Of a stretch of 64,000 nucleotides of DNA, positions 41,887 to 54,859 are shown one piece after another; the stretch's first letter is position 1, and every line of letters starts with the position of its first letter. This stretch comes from Octopus sinensis (lineage: Eukaryota): NCBI RefSeq assembly GCF_006345805.1, contig NW_021836177.1, forward strand, positions 1 through 64,000. The letters run 5' to 3'. The position numbers and the translations under genes were made by a program. A model generated the notes under the pieces. That model was not told where the DNA came from. It saw only the letters and a program-made list of their open reading frames with translations, and searched no databases.

Positions 41887-42220
41887 TGGAATAACATCTG
41901 CATTCAACTCCATTTATTTACTTATACTACACAAATTACTGCACATTAACCCGGAGTTTCTACCTTTGAATAGGTCGCTACATCCTTGTTACTTGCATGA
42001 ATTTTGCTACCCTGGTAACTGTTTATTGAATTTTCCATGTTAACGGTAAAGGAAGAATAATTCATTCATCAATTTATATATATATATATATACATATTTG
42101 TATGTGTGTGTGTTTGTATGTTATGTAAACCTATTGTATATATGTATATACATATAATGTATGTATAATAGATGTATTATATGTGTGTGTATAAAATATA
42201 TATATATATATATACATATA

Positions 42221-43380
42221 CTAGCTGAAGGTGACCCGCTCTACGTGCGGGTAAGAGTGTGGGTGTTACTTTCTGTTGCTTCCTTTCTGCACGTAAAAAG
42301 CACCATCCGAACGTGGCCGATTGCAGCACCGCCTTGACTTGCTTCTGTGCTGGTGGCACGTAAAAAGCACCAACCGATCGTTGCCACTGCGAGCCCCCCT
42401 GGCACCCAGTGCCGTCGGCACGAAAAAAGCACTCACTACACTCACAGTGTGGTTGGCGTTAGGAGGTCATCCACCTGTAGAAACACTGCAGATCAGACTG
42501 GAGCCTGGTGCAGCCTCCTGGCTTCCGAGACCCGGTCACACTGCCCACCCGTATTTGTTTCTCTCCGTATTTGTTTCTCTCTCCTTTCTCTCTCACTTTC
42601 CCACTCTCTTACTTTTCTTTTCTCTCTGACTCTCCCTCGCTTTCTCTTACTCTCTATCTTTATCTATCTCTCTCCCATTTATAAACAACAGAAGATCTTG
42701 AGTAAGTTGAGAAATAAAATATTTAGAAAGATCAATCAGAAATATGAGGCAGTGGCAATGGAAAGGTCTGCTTCAAGGCAGACAGCAAACGCTAACATTC
42801 AAAAGGGACAGACGAACTTGCAAGCTGAATAAAATAATAAATATTGGAAACCAAAGTTTGAAGGGATAGAATCTGAGGATAGTAGAGTCACCATGGCTGG
42901 CATTTGTTAACGACGGACAGCAACGTAGTGACAGTTTAACGGCTGGCGTAAAATTTTGAACTTGATGTAAAAGAAATTCGTAAACACCAATTTTTGAAGT
43001 GATTCTTTCTCACAACAGTAGACTCACCATGGCAAGCATTCAAAACTTCTTTATCATGGACGGCAACACATTGACGATTAAAAGGCTGGCGCAAATTTTT
43101 TAGCTTGATGCAACAGAGAATTCCTAAACACCCGCTCTTTGAAATTTTAATCCCCTTCCAGCCCCATTTAGACCCCTTTTCACATTTGGTTATATAACCC
43201 GATTTCATTCGGGTGTACTGGGGCCACATTTTATAAGATGAGGAATTTTTGTCCTAGAGGTGACGCCTTTCATTTGAGGAACAAAATAGTTGTGATGCAA
43301 ACTTGTCAGCACCTTTAACATAGGTGTGCATATTTTCAGGTGAATCGACCGACTACGTAATGCACACATATATATATGTG

Positions 43381-43420
<40 letters not shown>

Positions 43421-45267
43421 CGCATTATATATACAAATGTATACAAATGAGATATATATCTGTATAAATTAAATAGAGATAAAACCACTAATAGGCAAAT
43501 CAAACAGTGAAAAACCAAAAACAAAACATAAAAAAAGAAAATATAACATAGAAAATATATCTATATATATAAAACTGTAGTTGTGTGAGTGTCTGTCCCC
43601 TTCGATTTAGATTCCTAACTACTCCCAATTTTGCGGTGCAGTTTAACCAAATTCGGGTATCTTATAGTCGTGATTCATATCGAGCCCGTCTGGGTATTAG
43701 CGCGCGTCTACGATGATGTACGATTTTAAAATAATTTAACATCATTTTTTATTCCATTTTAATGCATATTTTTTCTGTGTGTCGATGGCGGCGGAGTTGG
43801 CGTCCATGGTCACGCCTGCACCTGTGTTGCTTCTCCCCCTTCTTCCTCCCTCGTGAAGCTGTGGGGAAGGGAGTGTAAGGAAATCAACGTCGTAATGCGT
43901 TGTGAAGGAGACCAGCGTTCTTTTAGAACAACGACTTCATGGCTTGAAGTCGCCAAACAGAAATCGCTAAAAAAGCTGAAACAGATTCACAAAAACGGCA
44001 AAAAACCGCCACACAGGGCAGTTTCCTGTGCAAACAATTTGCACAACCGAATGTTTTAGTTGTTGCACAAATCTTTATATATAAAAGTAAGGTTGTGTGT
44101 CTGTCTCCTACGATTTAGATTCCTAACTACTCCCACATTTTGCGGTGCAGTGTAACCAAAACCGGGTATCTTATAGTCGTGATTCATATCGAGCCCGTCT
44201 GGGTATTAGCGCGCGTCTACGATGAGTCTATACGATTTAAAAAAAAATTTACCATCATTTTTATCCATTTTATTTAATGCATTTTTTCGCTATTATATAA
44301 GGGAAGTAACTCCCTAAAAATGTCTACGATGAGTCAACGATTAAAAAAAAATTACCATCATTTTTTTATTCCATTTTAATGCATTTTTCGCTATTATATA
44401 AGGGAAATAACTCTGTAAAAATGTCTACGATGAGTCAACGATTTAAAAAAGAAATTACTATCATTTTTTATTCCATCTTTAATGCATTTTTTGCTATTTT
44501 TTTTGCTATAACTCACTAAAAATGCTTATATAGTTATTTCCCTTACAAACCCGAGCAACGCCGGGCGATACTGCTAGTAAAATATAAAATTGAAACTTTA
44601 AATTATTAAATTGAAAATAAAAATTATGAAATTATATTATAATTTGTTTAAAATATATATAACTATGAAAAAGTATGAAAAAGTTTAATATACATAAATA
44701 CAGATATATACACTTTGTATATATACATTTATATATACATATTTATATATAGAACACACACACACACATACATTTATATACATATTTATATATAGAACAC
44801 ACACACCACATACATTATATATACATATATATATAGAACACACACACACACACATATAAATGAACGCAAGAATATCTGATTCATAATATTTGTTTCAATG
44901 CTCGTGTGTTGATTGTTGGTGACAGACATATACTTAAAAGAACGTCGCCGAAGTGATAGGAAGGTAGGAAACAGAGTCAGTGAAAAAGAAAGGAAATAGC
45001 GAGTGTGACAGATACTTTAAATAACCGTAGTGGCATTCTGAAAGTTATAAATGAAGAGGAGTGACAGAGTACTGGAGGAAATAGGGTGAGGTAGGAAGAT
45101 GGCCCCTAGAAACCACAGCTTTTAAGATAGGGATTTCTAAGGTAGCCCACGCGCATCGTCACCTCATTCTACATGTCCCTGTAAATTTTGGAGCGAATCG
45201 GACGGGATGTAGTGGCATTGGAAGCGAACCAAGCGGTAAAAACGCAATTCAGTTTTATATATAGAGA
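42221..45267 (-). mobile_element. Non-autonomous Helitron-like element, second copy of the 11807 family
   Basis: 5' TCTCTATATATAAAACTGAATTGCG at 45267; 3' hairpin CCCGC-ACGTAGA-GCGGG then CTAG at 42224-42221. Confidence 0.8.
43560..44577 (+). mobile_element. Nested non-autonomous Helitron (two tandem 5' units, one 3' end)
   Basis: A|TC start at 43560, second TC start at 44072; hairpin CCCGAGCAACGCCGGG 44550-44565; CTAG|T at 44574-44578. Confidence 0.85.
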
Positions 45268-45773
45268 AGATATATATATATATATATATATCAATGTGTG
45301 TGTATGATAGGATGTGCTCCATGCATGACACTGTTCCATCCAAATTTTGACACTTGAGGCTAATCAGTTTAAATTCCTTCCATTTTGAATTCAAACCGGA
45401 TCCTGTACAATCAGTGGAGGGCTGTAATAATATAAAAAGCACATCGTTGACGAGAGAAGCAAGCAGGGGCTTCAACCTGGCACTCCTTCATTTCATGTTA
45501 CCCCTGTTTCAGTATTTGGTAACACATCATTGTGTCAAACAATAGCTGCAATTGGTAGATGCACCTCATAAGGGCAGCATGCATAAAGAAATACATGCAG
45601 TAACCAAAACGAAATACTTGAGAGGTACACGGCTTGAAGAGAAGGGAGATCAGGAGAAGGTAGAGTGGGAACACAACCCCCAGAAACACAATTGTGGACT
45701 GGTGTTGATGAGAATGGGGGCTAAGAATTGACCAGAGTTTGGGGATATAGGCTGTGCTTACATGCCCCCTTAA

Positions 45774-45994
45774 CCCTTTCGTTACTGTATTTATTTTGAG
45801 ATGATCTGTGTTTCTTTCAATTATTTTAAATAAATTACAGAATTTAGTAAAATAACTTAGTCATCATTAAGCTAGTATTAGGAACATAAATTGTGACTAA
45901 GGTTTCATGGAAGATTTTTATTCAAAACTTAAGAAAAGAGGACATTTGTACTACAGAGCCAGAAGCAGTTTCAGCCAGGCTGGTATCAAAAGGG
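45774..45994. mobile_element. piggyBac-type MITE copy 1
   Basis: TTAA|CCCTTT...AAAGGG|TTAA. Confidence 0.85.
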
Positions 45995-46025
45995 TTAAGA
46001 ATTGTTTCTCTATTATATACTTTAA

Positions 46026-46245
46026 CCCTTTTGTTACCATATTTCTGTTGAGATGGTCTGTGTTTCTTTCAATTATTTAAAATATAACAAAGAATTTAGT
46101 AAAATAACTTAGTCATCATTAAGCTAGTGTTAGGAACATAAATTGTGACTAAGGTTTGGTGGAAGATTTTAATTCAAAACTTATGAAATCAAGACATTTT
46201 ACCACAGAGCCAGAGCCGGTTTCAGCCGGGTTAGTATCAAAAGGG
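46026..46245. mobile_element. piggyBac-type MITE copy 2
   Basis: TTAA|CCCTTT...AAAGGG|TTAA; same orientation and body as copy 1. Confidence 0.85.
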
Positions 46246-46741
46246 TTAAGAGAGGGGAGACAGGCGGGTAAGTAGATAACATATCAGGTGACCAGTAAGA
46301 GATTCTGAGTGCAATAATCAAGCACCACTGGGGTTTGTGGTAGCACCATTGATAGATGCGTCCAATTACATACAAACCTGCGGATACGCATTAACACATT
46401 AATATGCTTGCTTCCCCAGCCACTCATGCGCACAGAGTTGGTGGGTTGGTGAGGACGGGGAATGAGTAGGAGGATTCCTTGAGCAAGAACCTTTATTTCA
46501 CGTTGCTCCAGTCTACTCAGCGAAAATGAGTTGTGCCTGTATTTCAAAGGGTCAGCCTTGTCACACTCTGTGTCATGCTGAATCTCCCTCAGAACTACAT
46601 TAGGGGTACACGCGTCTGTGGTGTACTCAGCCATTTGCATGTTAATTTCACAAATGAGCTATTCCGTCTTCTTTAAATTGCTCTTTACTTCATTTTATAA
46701 GTTTTTAAAAACCATCTTACTTTCCTTTTTATTCAAAAGAC

Positions 46742-46825
46742 ATGGATGTAAATAAGATTATAAGCAACATTGTGGATGGGGACTTTAAAGATGTCGAACA
46801 ACTTATCAAAGAAAATCCTGAAACT
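46742..46825 (+). CDS. Ankyrin-repeat gene, first coding exon (MDVNKIISNIVDGDFKDVEQLIKENPET)
   Basis: Acceptor-like TTTCCTTTTTATTCAAAAG before ACATG; donor GTAAGT at 46826; phase 0 joins exon 2. Confidence 0.65.
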
Positions 46826-46974
46826 GTAAGTTTACTTTATATTGCTTCCTCAATGTTAAATGTTTGTTTATTATTTTATACACAATATTAAATGTTCCTA
46901 AATAACCAGATATATTTGTCCATAATATTTCATTTCTTTCTTTACCTCTTTCCTCTAATCCTCATCATTGTCAC

Positions 46975-47880
46975 TTTTTATAAATATTCAACCAGACAAT
47001 GAGGTATGCCAGAATTGATGGAATGTGAGTGAGAGAGAAACCCATCCTCACACACTGCAATGGAGTATTCTGGCAGGAAATATTCAGTCCAAGAGATGAG
47101 GGACAGATGGATTCTATAGATAAATGGTGACTTTGTCAAGAAATTCTCTTGCCATACACAGTTGAAGGTTTTACCGATGTCAAAGGCTACACTATTTCTT
47201 TTGCAGAAGTTGTCAAACATAACCAAAACATAGGAATCAGACCCCTGCTTGAAACAGCTTTATGGAACTGTTCTGGGGCTCATTGAATAGAGAAAGATAC
47301 CCAAAGGGACAAAGATGATGGTTGTTTATGACTTTTTACTTCATAATTGAAATATTGGAAGTTAGAATGACTGGCTGGTAGTCAGCAGATAGGACACTAT
47401 CAGCAAGAATTATAAAACAGGGCTTCTCTAAGAGAGTAATGCTACCCTTGGGTAGGGATTGCGAAGAATTTTATAAGGACCAGGGAGCCAAGGAGGCTAT
47501 GGTGGTACAAATATATGAAACTCAATGTGTAGTTGAGTTTGGATCAGAGAACCATCATGGTTAGGGAGTGGTGGGTGGAATGATTCTGTAAAATCTATAG
47601 AGATACTCTTGGTAAGAGACCAGAAAATGAGGCTTTGATTTGGAAGGGAAGGCAGCTGACAAATGGTGAAATGCAGAAAAAACATCCTTTATTTTCTTGA
47701 TGACCATCATACATGTATTTCAATGGTGGGTGAATGTCTGCCAGTTAGTGAGGGTAGGTGTTTTCCTCAAGGAGAAGTCGATAGTGTTGTTTGTACAGCT
47801 GTAATACAGTTGTGTATGAACCACTCACACCTTCTTAAATATTGTATGGCTACAAACTAATGTAAGCCCTGATACTGCTG
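46975..47880 (-). mobile_element. Degenerate CR1/L2-like LINE fragment in an intron
   Basis: AFDIGKTFNCVWQ..LISW..YFL..SINSGIP. Confidence 0.65.
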
Positions 47881-48434
47881 CCGCATTTAGGCTCAAAATT
47901 CTGATCACTACTTTCATAATATTTCTTATTTTCTCCATTGTTTCTTTTCATTTGTGTCTACCTTTGCATAGTTGCTCATATTCAGTTGTGATTGGTGTCG
48001 TTCCAAAGATGTCACAGATGTTTAATTACAAGTAATTACTTTGTAATAGATTCAGTGACTAACATAAATAGATTTTCAATCTTTTCCTTGAGCTTAAGCA
48101 TGAACTAAACAGTCTTTCTAAGCCTTTTCCACCTTGATTTACCTGTGCTCTACACCTTTCTTGTAGATTTGCTTTCATTCTTTTCCAAGTAGATCCCACA
48201 TTGCTGTTTCACCAGACATATGACATCTGAAGATCCATGCTTCATTTCAAACATCCTGTTCTTCTCTCACCATTTCTTAAATCTCCTTCATCATTATAGC
48301 ATTAAATAAAAGTGCTACTATGCCAGACATCAGTGATAACACAGTGTAGAATTTCATGAGCTTTACCAGGGAATACTAAACTAAAATCTCTCTCCTTTGA
48401 TATATTTTATATATCTTCTCTTTCTTCTCTTCAG

Positions 48435-48586
48435 GTCAACCAAATAAACTCACACAGTAAAACTTTCTTAATGGCAGCTTGTGAACAGGGCAGCACAAGT
48501 CTAATAGCCTTCTTGATAGAATCTGGAGCCAATATGGACATGAGTGACAAAGCAGGTCTGACAGCATTACATTATGCTGTGAAAAG
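48435..48586 (+). CDS. Ankyrin-repeat gene exon 2
   Basis: TTCTCTTCAG| VNQINSHSKTFLMAACEQGSTSLIAFLIESGANMDMSDKAGLTALHYAVK |GTAAGG, phase 2. Confidence 0.85.
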
Positions 48587-50139
48587 GTAAGGCTTGAATT
48601 AACTAAAATCTTCAGATCTGCTTTTGTTTTGAAATTTTTTGCAATTCCAGACTATTTGAATATCCAAAGATACCATAATAGTGGCAGTGTGACACGATAA
48701 CAGCATGATAGTAGTAACCAAATAACATCTTTTACTCATTTTCTCCATGAATCCTCTTCATTGAATCACCAAAATCTTTTTCGTTATTTGTTGTCAAAAC
48801 AGATTATTTTTGTTTTCGAGATATTCTTTGAGATCCAACAGTTCTTAAAATTGACCCAGTGTGATTCAGTGTCTTCTCTTCATATTGATTATGGAGAGAT
48901 CGATCAATTTTTCTCCAAAGAAAATGTTATTTGAGATCTAAAGCAACAAGAAAGATTCTCAAGCTTGTTTTTGCAGTAAATAATCTGTAAATTTCTTACA
49001 GAAATTATTTCTCACCTCCATCAGCAACTCAACACATTTTGAGATCTATTATATTTTGAATTGTGCTTCATAAGGTCATCTCTGGACAATAAAACATGTT
49101 TTGAAGTTCTTGTTAGTTTCTATAGCTTCTGCAGTCACAAATTGTTTCAGAATTTTGCCCAAACACACAAACACACACACACACCATCATCGTCATCGAA
49201 TGTTCCTTTTCCTTTGATAGGAACAGACAAGTCAGAAGACCACACCAAACACTACTGTCTGCTTAGGTTTGGTTTCTATGGCTGGACGACCTTCCTAACA
49301 CCAACCACTTTGCAGAGTGTACTGGATGCCTTTTACATGCCATCAGAACCAGTGAGGTCACCAATTAATTGCAAGACAAAGACCTCTCGACTGGTTGAGG
49401 TGGTGGGATGGGGGAGCTAATATTGCTGGAGAGAAAGGTGTCTTGCATTAGAAGAGGGACATGGCTCCTTCAGATGGAGAAGACAGAGGAGGGAAACACT
49501 AGGTTAAAATCTTGTGTTTGGCCCAAGCAAAGAAAAAAGGAAAAACATAGTGCAATAGGTGTGAAACAACATGTAGTAAACGAATACTCTTACTCTTTTA
49601 CTTGTTTCAGTCATTTGACTGTGGCCATGCTGGAGCACCGCCTTTAATCGAGCAACTCGACCCCGGGACTTATTCTTTGTAAGCCCAGTACATATTCTAT
49701 CAGTCTCTTTTGCTGAACCACTAAGTGACAGGGACATAAACACACCAGCATCGGTTGTCAAGCAATGCTAGGGGGACACAGACACACAAACACACACGCA
49801 CACATATATATATATACATATATACGACGAGCTTCTTTCAGTTTCCGTCTACCAAATCCACTCATAAGGCTTTGGTCGGCCTGAGGTTATAGTAGAAGAC
49901 ACTTGACCAAGGTGCCACGCAGTGGGACTGAACCTGGAACCATGTGGCTGGTAAGCAAGCTGCTTATCAAACAGCCACTCCTGCGCCTATGGAAAAAAAA
50001 AATATGGCGAACGGGAGGTGGGGAGACGACTCGGAAATTCAAATCTCACCACTTCCCCATTCGTCGGCGATCCTATGACCACGAGTCCACTGCCCTAACC
50101 ACTGGGCCATTGCGCCTCCACTCTATATCTATATATATC

Positions 50140-50172
<33 letters not shown>

Positions 50173-50334
50173 CTATATATATTATATATATATATCTATA
50201 TATATATATATATTATATATATATATATATATTTTAAAATAATAATAATAAATAAAAATAAATATTAGGGAATAATCCAAATTTACAGGGAAAAATCAGA
50301 CTTAGGATTGAATCCAATTTTATAGTAAATATTA

Positions 50335-50567
50335 TATTATATTAAATTAGAGACAAAACCACTATTAGGCAAATCAAACAAAGAAAGACTTAAGCCAATA
50401 CATAAAATAATTTATATAAATTAAAATTTAACAATAATAATAATAATAATAATATAATTATTATTATTATTATATATTGTTAAATTTTAATTTTTATAAA
50501 TTATTTTATGTATTGGCTTAAGTCTTTCTTTGTTTGATTTGCATAATAGTGGATTTGTCTCTAATTT

Positions 50568-50580
<13 letters not shown>
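50335..50580. repeat. AT-rich inverted repeat, ~120-bp arms
   Basis: ATTAAATTAGAGACAAA.CCACTATTA.GCAAATCAAACAAAGAAAGACTTAAGCCAATAC on both strands around an (AAT)n centre; relatives at ~37260-37350 and 43480-43520. Confidence 0.8.
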
Positions 50581-50627
<47 letters not shown>

Positions 50628-51340
50628 TATATATTATATATATATATACACACACACAATATATGATAAATAAGGGTGTGTTTATATATTCATTTATGTG
50701 TGTTATATGACCGCCATACTTCCTTGTTGGTCACTGTTTCTTTTGGCGGTAAAAATACGTCTCGTTGCCCTTAACAACAAACTTTCTCTTGCATAGTCTG
50801 TTGCAACATTACATTTGCAGACGTAGTTTTCCCGCCAATTACGACGTGCTGTTGTTGTTGTTGTTTTTTTAGATTGATGAGAAATCTGCTATCAATTAGT
50901 TTCTCTATAATTTTCAGACATTCCATCTTTCGCAAAAGGATTACAATACATTTTTCAATGTATACCAAATATGTAGATACTAACAACGGTACTTAATCCT
51001 TGTTTTGTATTGTACACTCGCTGGGATAAAAATATTTATACTTTATACCCTCACCTATTAATATGTGTATACACACACACGTACACATTGGTTTACTGTG
51101 TATTAACGATTATACGTATTTCAGTGGCTCATATTACTCTGTCTGTCTTTCTCTCTATATACATACATATATATATACACATATACATACATACACATAT
51201 ATGCATATATATATATATAAATATATATATACATACACATATACACCTATATAATATTATTGACTTTGACATTTCAACTAGCGATATATACATACATATA
51301 TGTATGTATGTGGGTGTATATATGTATGTATATATATATA

Positions 51341-52051
51341 TATAGGCATACTTACACAACTGGGCCCCCACGACGAATTTGTTTCCTTATAACTTTTAGA
51401 CAGATGGATATCTTTTGATGAAATTTCTATGACAAAAATGCTTCAGATGATGAAGATTCCAATTATATTGGAATTTGTTGTGAAAACAAATTTTCAAACG
51501 TTGAGAAGTTGACTTAAATCCTTATAGAAACTTTCAGAAAAATGGATATTTTGTTTGTGTGAAAATTTCTACAAATCCCTTTCAAATGGATTAGATTAGG
51601 ATTATATCGGAATTTAACATGAAAAAACGTTAAATATTTGGTGGATACACACACATATATACTGACACACATCACGGTTATTTTTCCAAAGTTCATCTTT
51701 TCAGTTTCTGATGTGTATCAGTGTATATCTCTGCGAATCCACCAAGTTTTTAACTTTTCTTCATATTAAATTCCGATATAAGTGGAATCTTCACCATCTG
51801 AAACGGTTTTATTGAAAATTTCATTAGAAAATATTTATTTTTTGGGAAAGAAAGCCGACTCGGGCAAACTTTCCCAAATTTCTCTCTGCACCCACTAAAA
51901 ATTTTTTCTCACAATAAATTCCAATATAATTGGAATCTTCGCCTTCTGAAGCATATTTTTGAAAGAAATTTCATTAAAAAATATCGATTTTTCTAGAAGT
52001 TACAGGGAAACAAATTCGTCGGGGGAGCACACTTGTGTAGTTATGTCTATA
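51341..52051. mobile_element. MITE with long (~150-bp) imperfect terminal inverted repeats
   Basis: TATAG.CATA..TACACAA..G.GC.CCC.CGACGAATTTGTTTCC at both ends, similarity continuing to GAAGATTCCAATTATATTGGAATTT. Confidence 0.75.
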
Positions 52052-52206
52052 CAGGCATGCACGCACACAGACATATATATATATATACACACGCGGCTGT
52101 AATATATATATATAGGTTTTTATGCATTTAATTGAACACGAGTGTATATTTAATGTAATTGTTAAGTGAATGTCTGTGATGTTTTATGTATTTTCCTTCC
52201 TTTTAG

Positions 52207-52363
52207 ATATAAAATTGATGCAGTGGCCTCCTTAGTTTCCAGGGGAGCAAATGTTAATAAGCAGACCTCACTGGGCAACACACCTCTACATCTGGCTGTG
52301 AGGAAGAACTATGAAGATGTAGTCAAAGTCCTGTTAAGTAGCAAAGGAAATAACATTTTACAG
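52207..52363 (+). CDS. Ankyrin-repeat gene exon 3
   Basis: TTCCTTCCTTTTAG| (R)YKIDAVASLVSRGANVNKQTSLGNTPLHLAVRKNYEDVVKVLLSSKGNNILQ |GTTAGC; phase fits exons 2 and 4. Confidence 0.9.
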
Positions 52364-52724
52364 GTTAGCGAATACATTTATATTTGTGTATATAGATATG
52401 TATATATATGTATGTGTGTGTTATATGTATATGATGTATACATACAGTTTAGTGCCCCAAATTTCGTTTCTTCATAACTGATGATCCATATTATTTAAAA
52501 TAAAACTTGCTGCAAGACTTCCTTTTCTACCCCACAAAAAAACCACCCTTTCTTTAAATTTTTTTCCCCGACACAAATCCCGCTTTTCGGTTAAGGGAAA
52601 TACGAATCTGCAAAAAAATTGGGGTTTTGGCAAAAAAATTCTTTGAATAAGCAAATTTAGGTGAAAATGGTGGTGGTGGTGGTGGGGGGACTCTTTTGAA
52701 AGTTGCTCATTTCCTTGTGTGAGA

Positions 52725-52765
<41 letters not shown>

Positions 52766-52771
52766 AGAGTG

Positions 52772-52806
<35 letters not shown>

Positions 52807-52974
52807 CTGTGGGTACAGGTATATGAACCTCATTTATTTACTCCTCTCCAAATTCATTCCACCTGTTTATTAATCTAATTCTTTCTCTTTTTTTGAAATT
52901 TTTCATTTTTGCAATGCCCCCCCCCCCATCCACTTGACGCCATCTTTAATGTCTTTATTGTTTATCTTTTTTAG

Positions 52975-54859
52975 GTCAATCAGCGAAACAATAATGGTTG
53001 GACACCTCTACATCTTGCCTCTAATCAAGGACACACAGACACAGCTAAACTTCTCCTACAACAAGATGGCACTGATGTGAGGGTGGTGGACAACGATGGT
53101 TGGACACCTCTACATCGTGCCTCGTATAATGGACACACAGACACAGCTAAACTTCTCCTACAACAAAATAACACTGATGTGAGGGTGGTGGACAACGCTG
53201 GTTGGACACCTCTACATCGTGCCTCGTATAATGGACACACAGACACAGCTAAACTTCTCCTACAACAAGATGGCACTGATGTGAGGGTGGTGGACAACGC
53301 TGGTTGGACACCTCTACATCGTGCCTCGTATAATGGACACACAGACACAGCTAAGCTTCTCCTACAACAAGATGGCACTGATGTGAGGGTGGTGGACAAC
53401 GCTGGTTGGACACCTCTACATCGTGCCTCGTATAATGGACACACAGACACAGTTAAACTTCTCCTACAACAAAATGGCACTGATGTGAGGGTGGTGGACA
53501 ACGCTGGTTGGACACTTCTACATCGTGCCTCGTATAATGGACACACAGACACAGCTAAACTTCTCCTACAACAAGATGGCACTGATGTGAGGGTGGTGAC
53601 CAACGCTGGTTGGACACCTCTACATCATGCCTCGTATAATGGACACACAGACACAGCTAAACTTCTCCTACAACAAAATGGCACTGATGTGAGGGTGGTG
53701 GACAACGCTGGTTGGACACCTCTACATCGTGCCTCGTATAATGGACACACAGACACAGTTAAACTTCTCCTACAACAAAATGGCACTGATGTGAGGGTGG
53801 TGGACAACGCTGGTTGGACACCTCTACATCATGCCTCGTATAATGGACACACAGACACAGCTAAACTTCTCCTACAACAAGATGGCACTGATGTGAGGGT
53901 GGTGGACAACGCTGGTTGGACACCTCTACATCGTGCCTCGTATAATGGACACAGACACAGTTAAACTTCTCCTACACACAAATGGCACTGATGTGAGGGT
54001 GGTGGACAACGCTGGTTGGACACCTCTACATCGTGCCTCGTATAATGGACACACAGACACAGTTAAACTTCTCCTACAACAAAATGGCACTGATGTGAGG
54101 GTGGTGGACAACGCTGGTTGGACACCTCTACATCGTGCCTCGTATAATGGACACACAGACACAGTTAAACTTCTCCTACAACAAAATGGCACTGATGTGA
54201 GGGTGGTGGACAACGATGGTTGGACACCTCTACATCGTGCCTCGTATAATGGACACACAGACACAGTTAAACTTCTCCTACAACAAAATGGCACTGATGT
54301 GAGGGTGGTGGACAACGCTGGTTGGACACCTCTACATCGTGCCTCGTATAATGGACACACAGACACAGTTAAACTTCTCCTACAACAAAATGGCACTGAT
54401 GTGAGGGTGGTGGACAACGCTGGTTGGACACCTCTACATCGTGCCTCGTATAATGGACACACAGACACAGTTAAACTTCTCCTACAAACAATGGCACTGA
54501 TGTGAGGGTGGTGACAACGCTGGTTGGACACCTCTACATCGTGCCTCGTATAATGGACACACAGACACAGTTAAACTTCTCCTACAACAAAATGGCACTG
54601 ATGTGAGGGTGGTGGACAACGATGGTTGGACACCTCTCCATCTTGCCTCTAATCAAGGACACACAGACACAGCTAAACTTCTCCTACAACAAAATGGCAC
54701 TGATGTGAGGGTGGTGACCAAATATGGTTGGACACCTCTACATCTTGCCTCTAATCAAGGACACACAGACACAGCTAAACTCCTCCTACAACAAAATGGC
54801 ATCGATGCCAATAAAGCGGACAATGATGGTGACACTCCTCTCCATGTGGCAGTTCAAGG
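52975..54859 (+). CDS. Ankyrin-repeat gene exon 4: ~18.5 tandem 102-bp (34-aa) ankyrin repeats, with apparent indel errors
   Basis: Acceptor TTTATCTTTTTTAG at 52974; unit DVRVVDNAGWTPLHRASYNGHTDTAKLLLQQDGT; donor GTAAGT at 54860; -2 nt near 53950 and -2 nt near 54485-54515. Confidence 0.92.
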
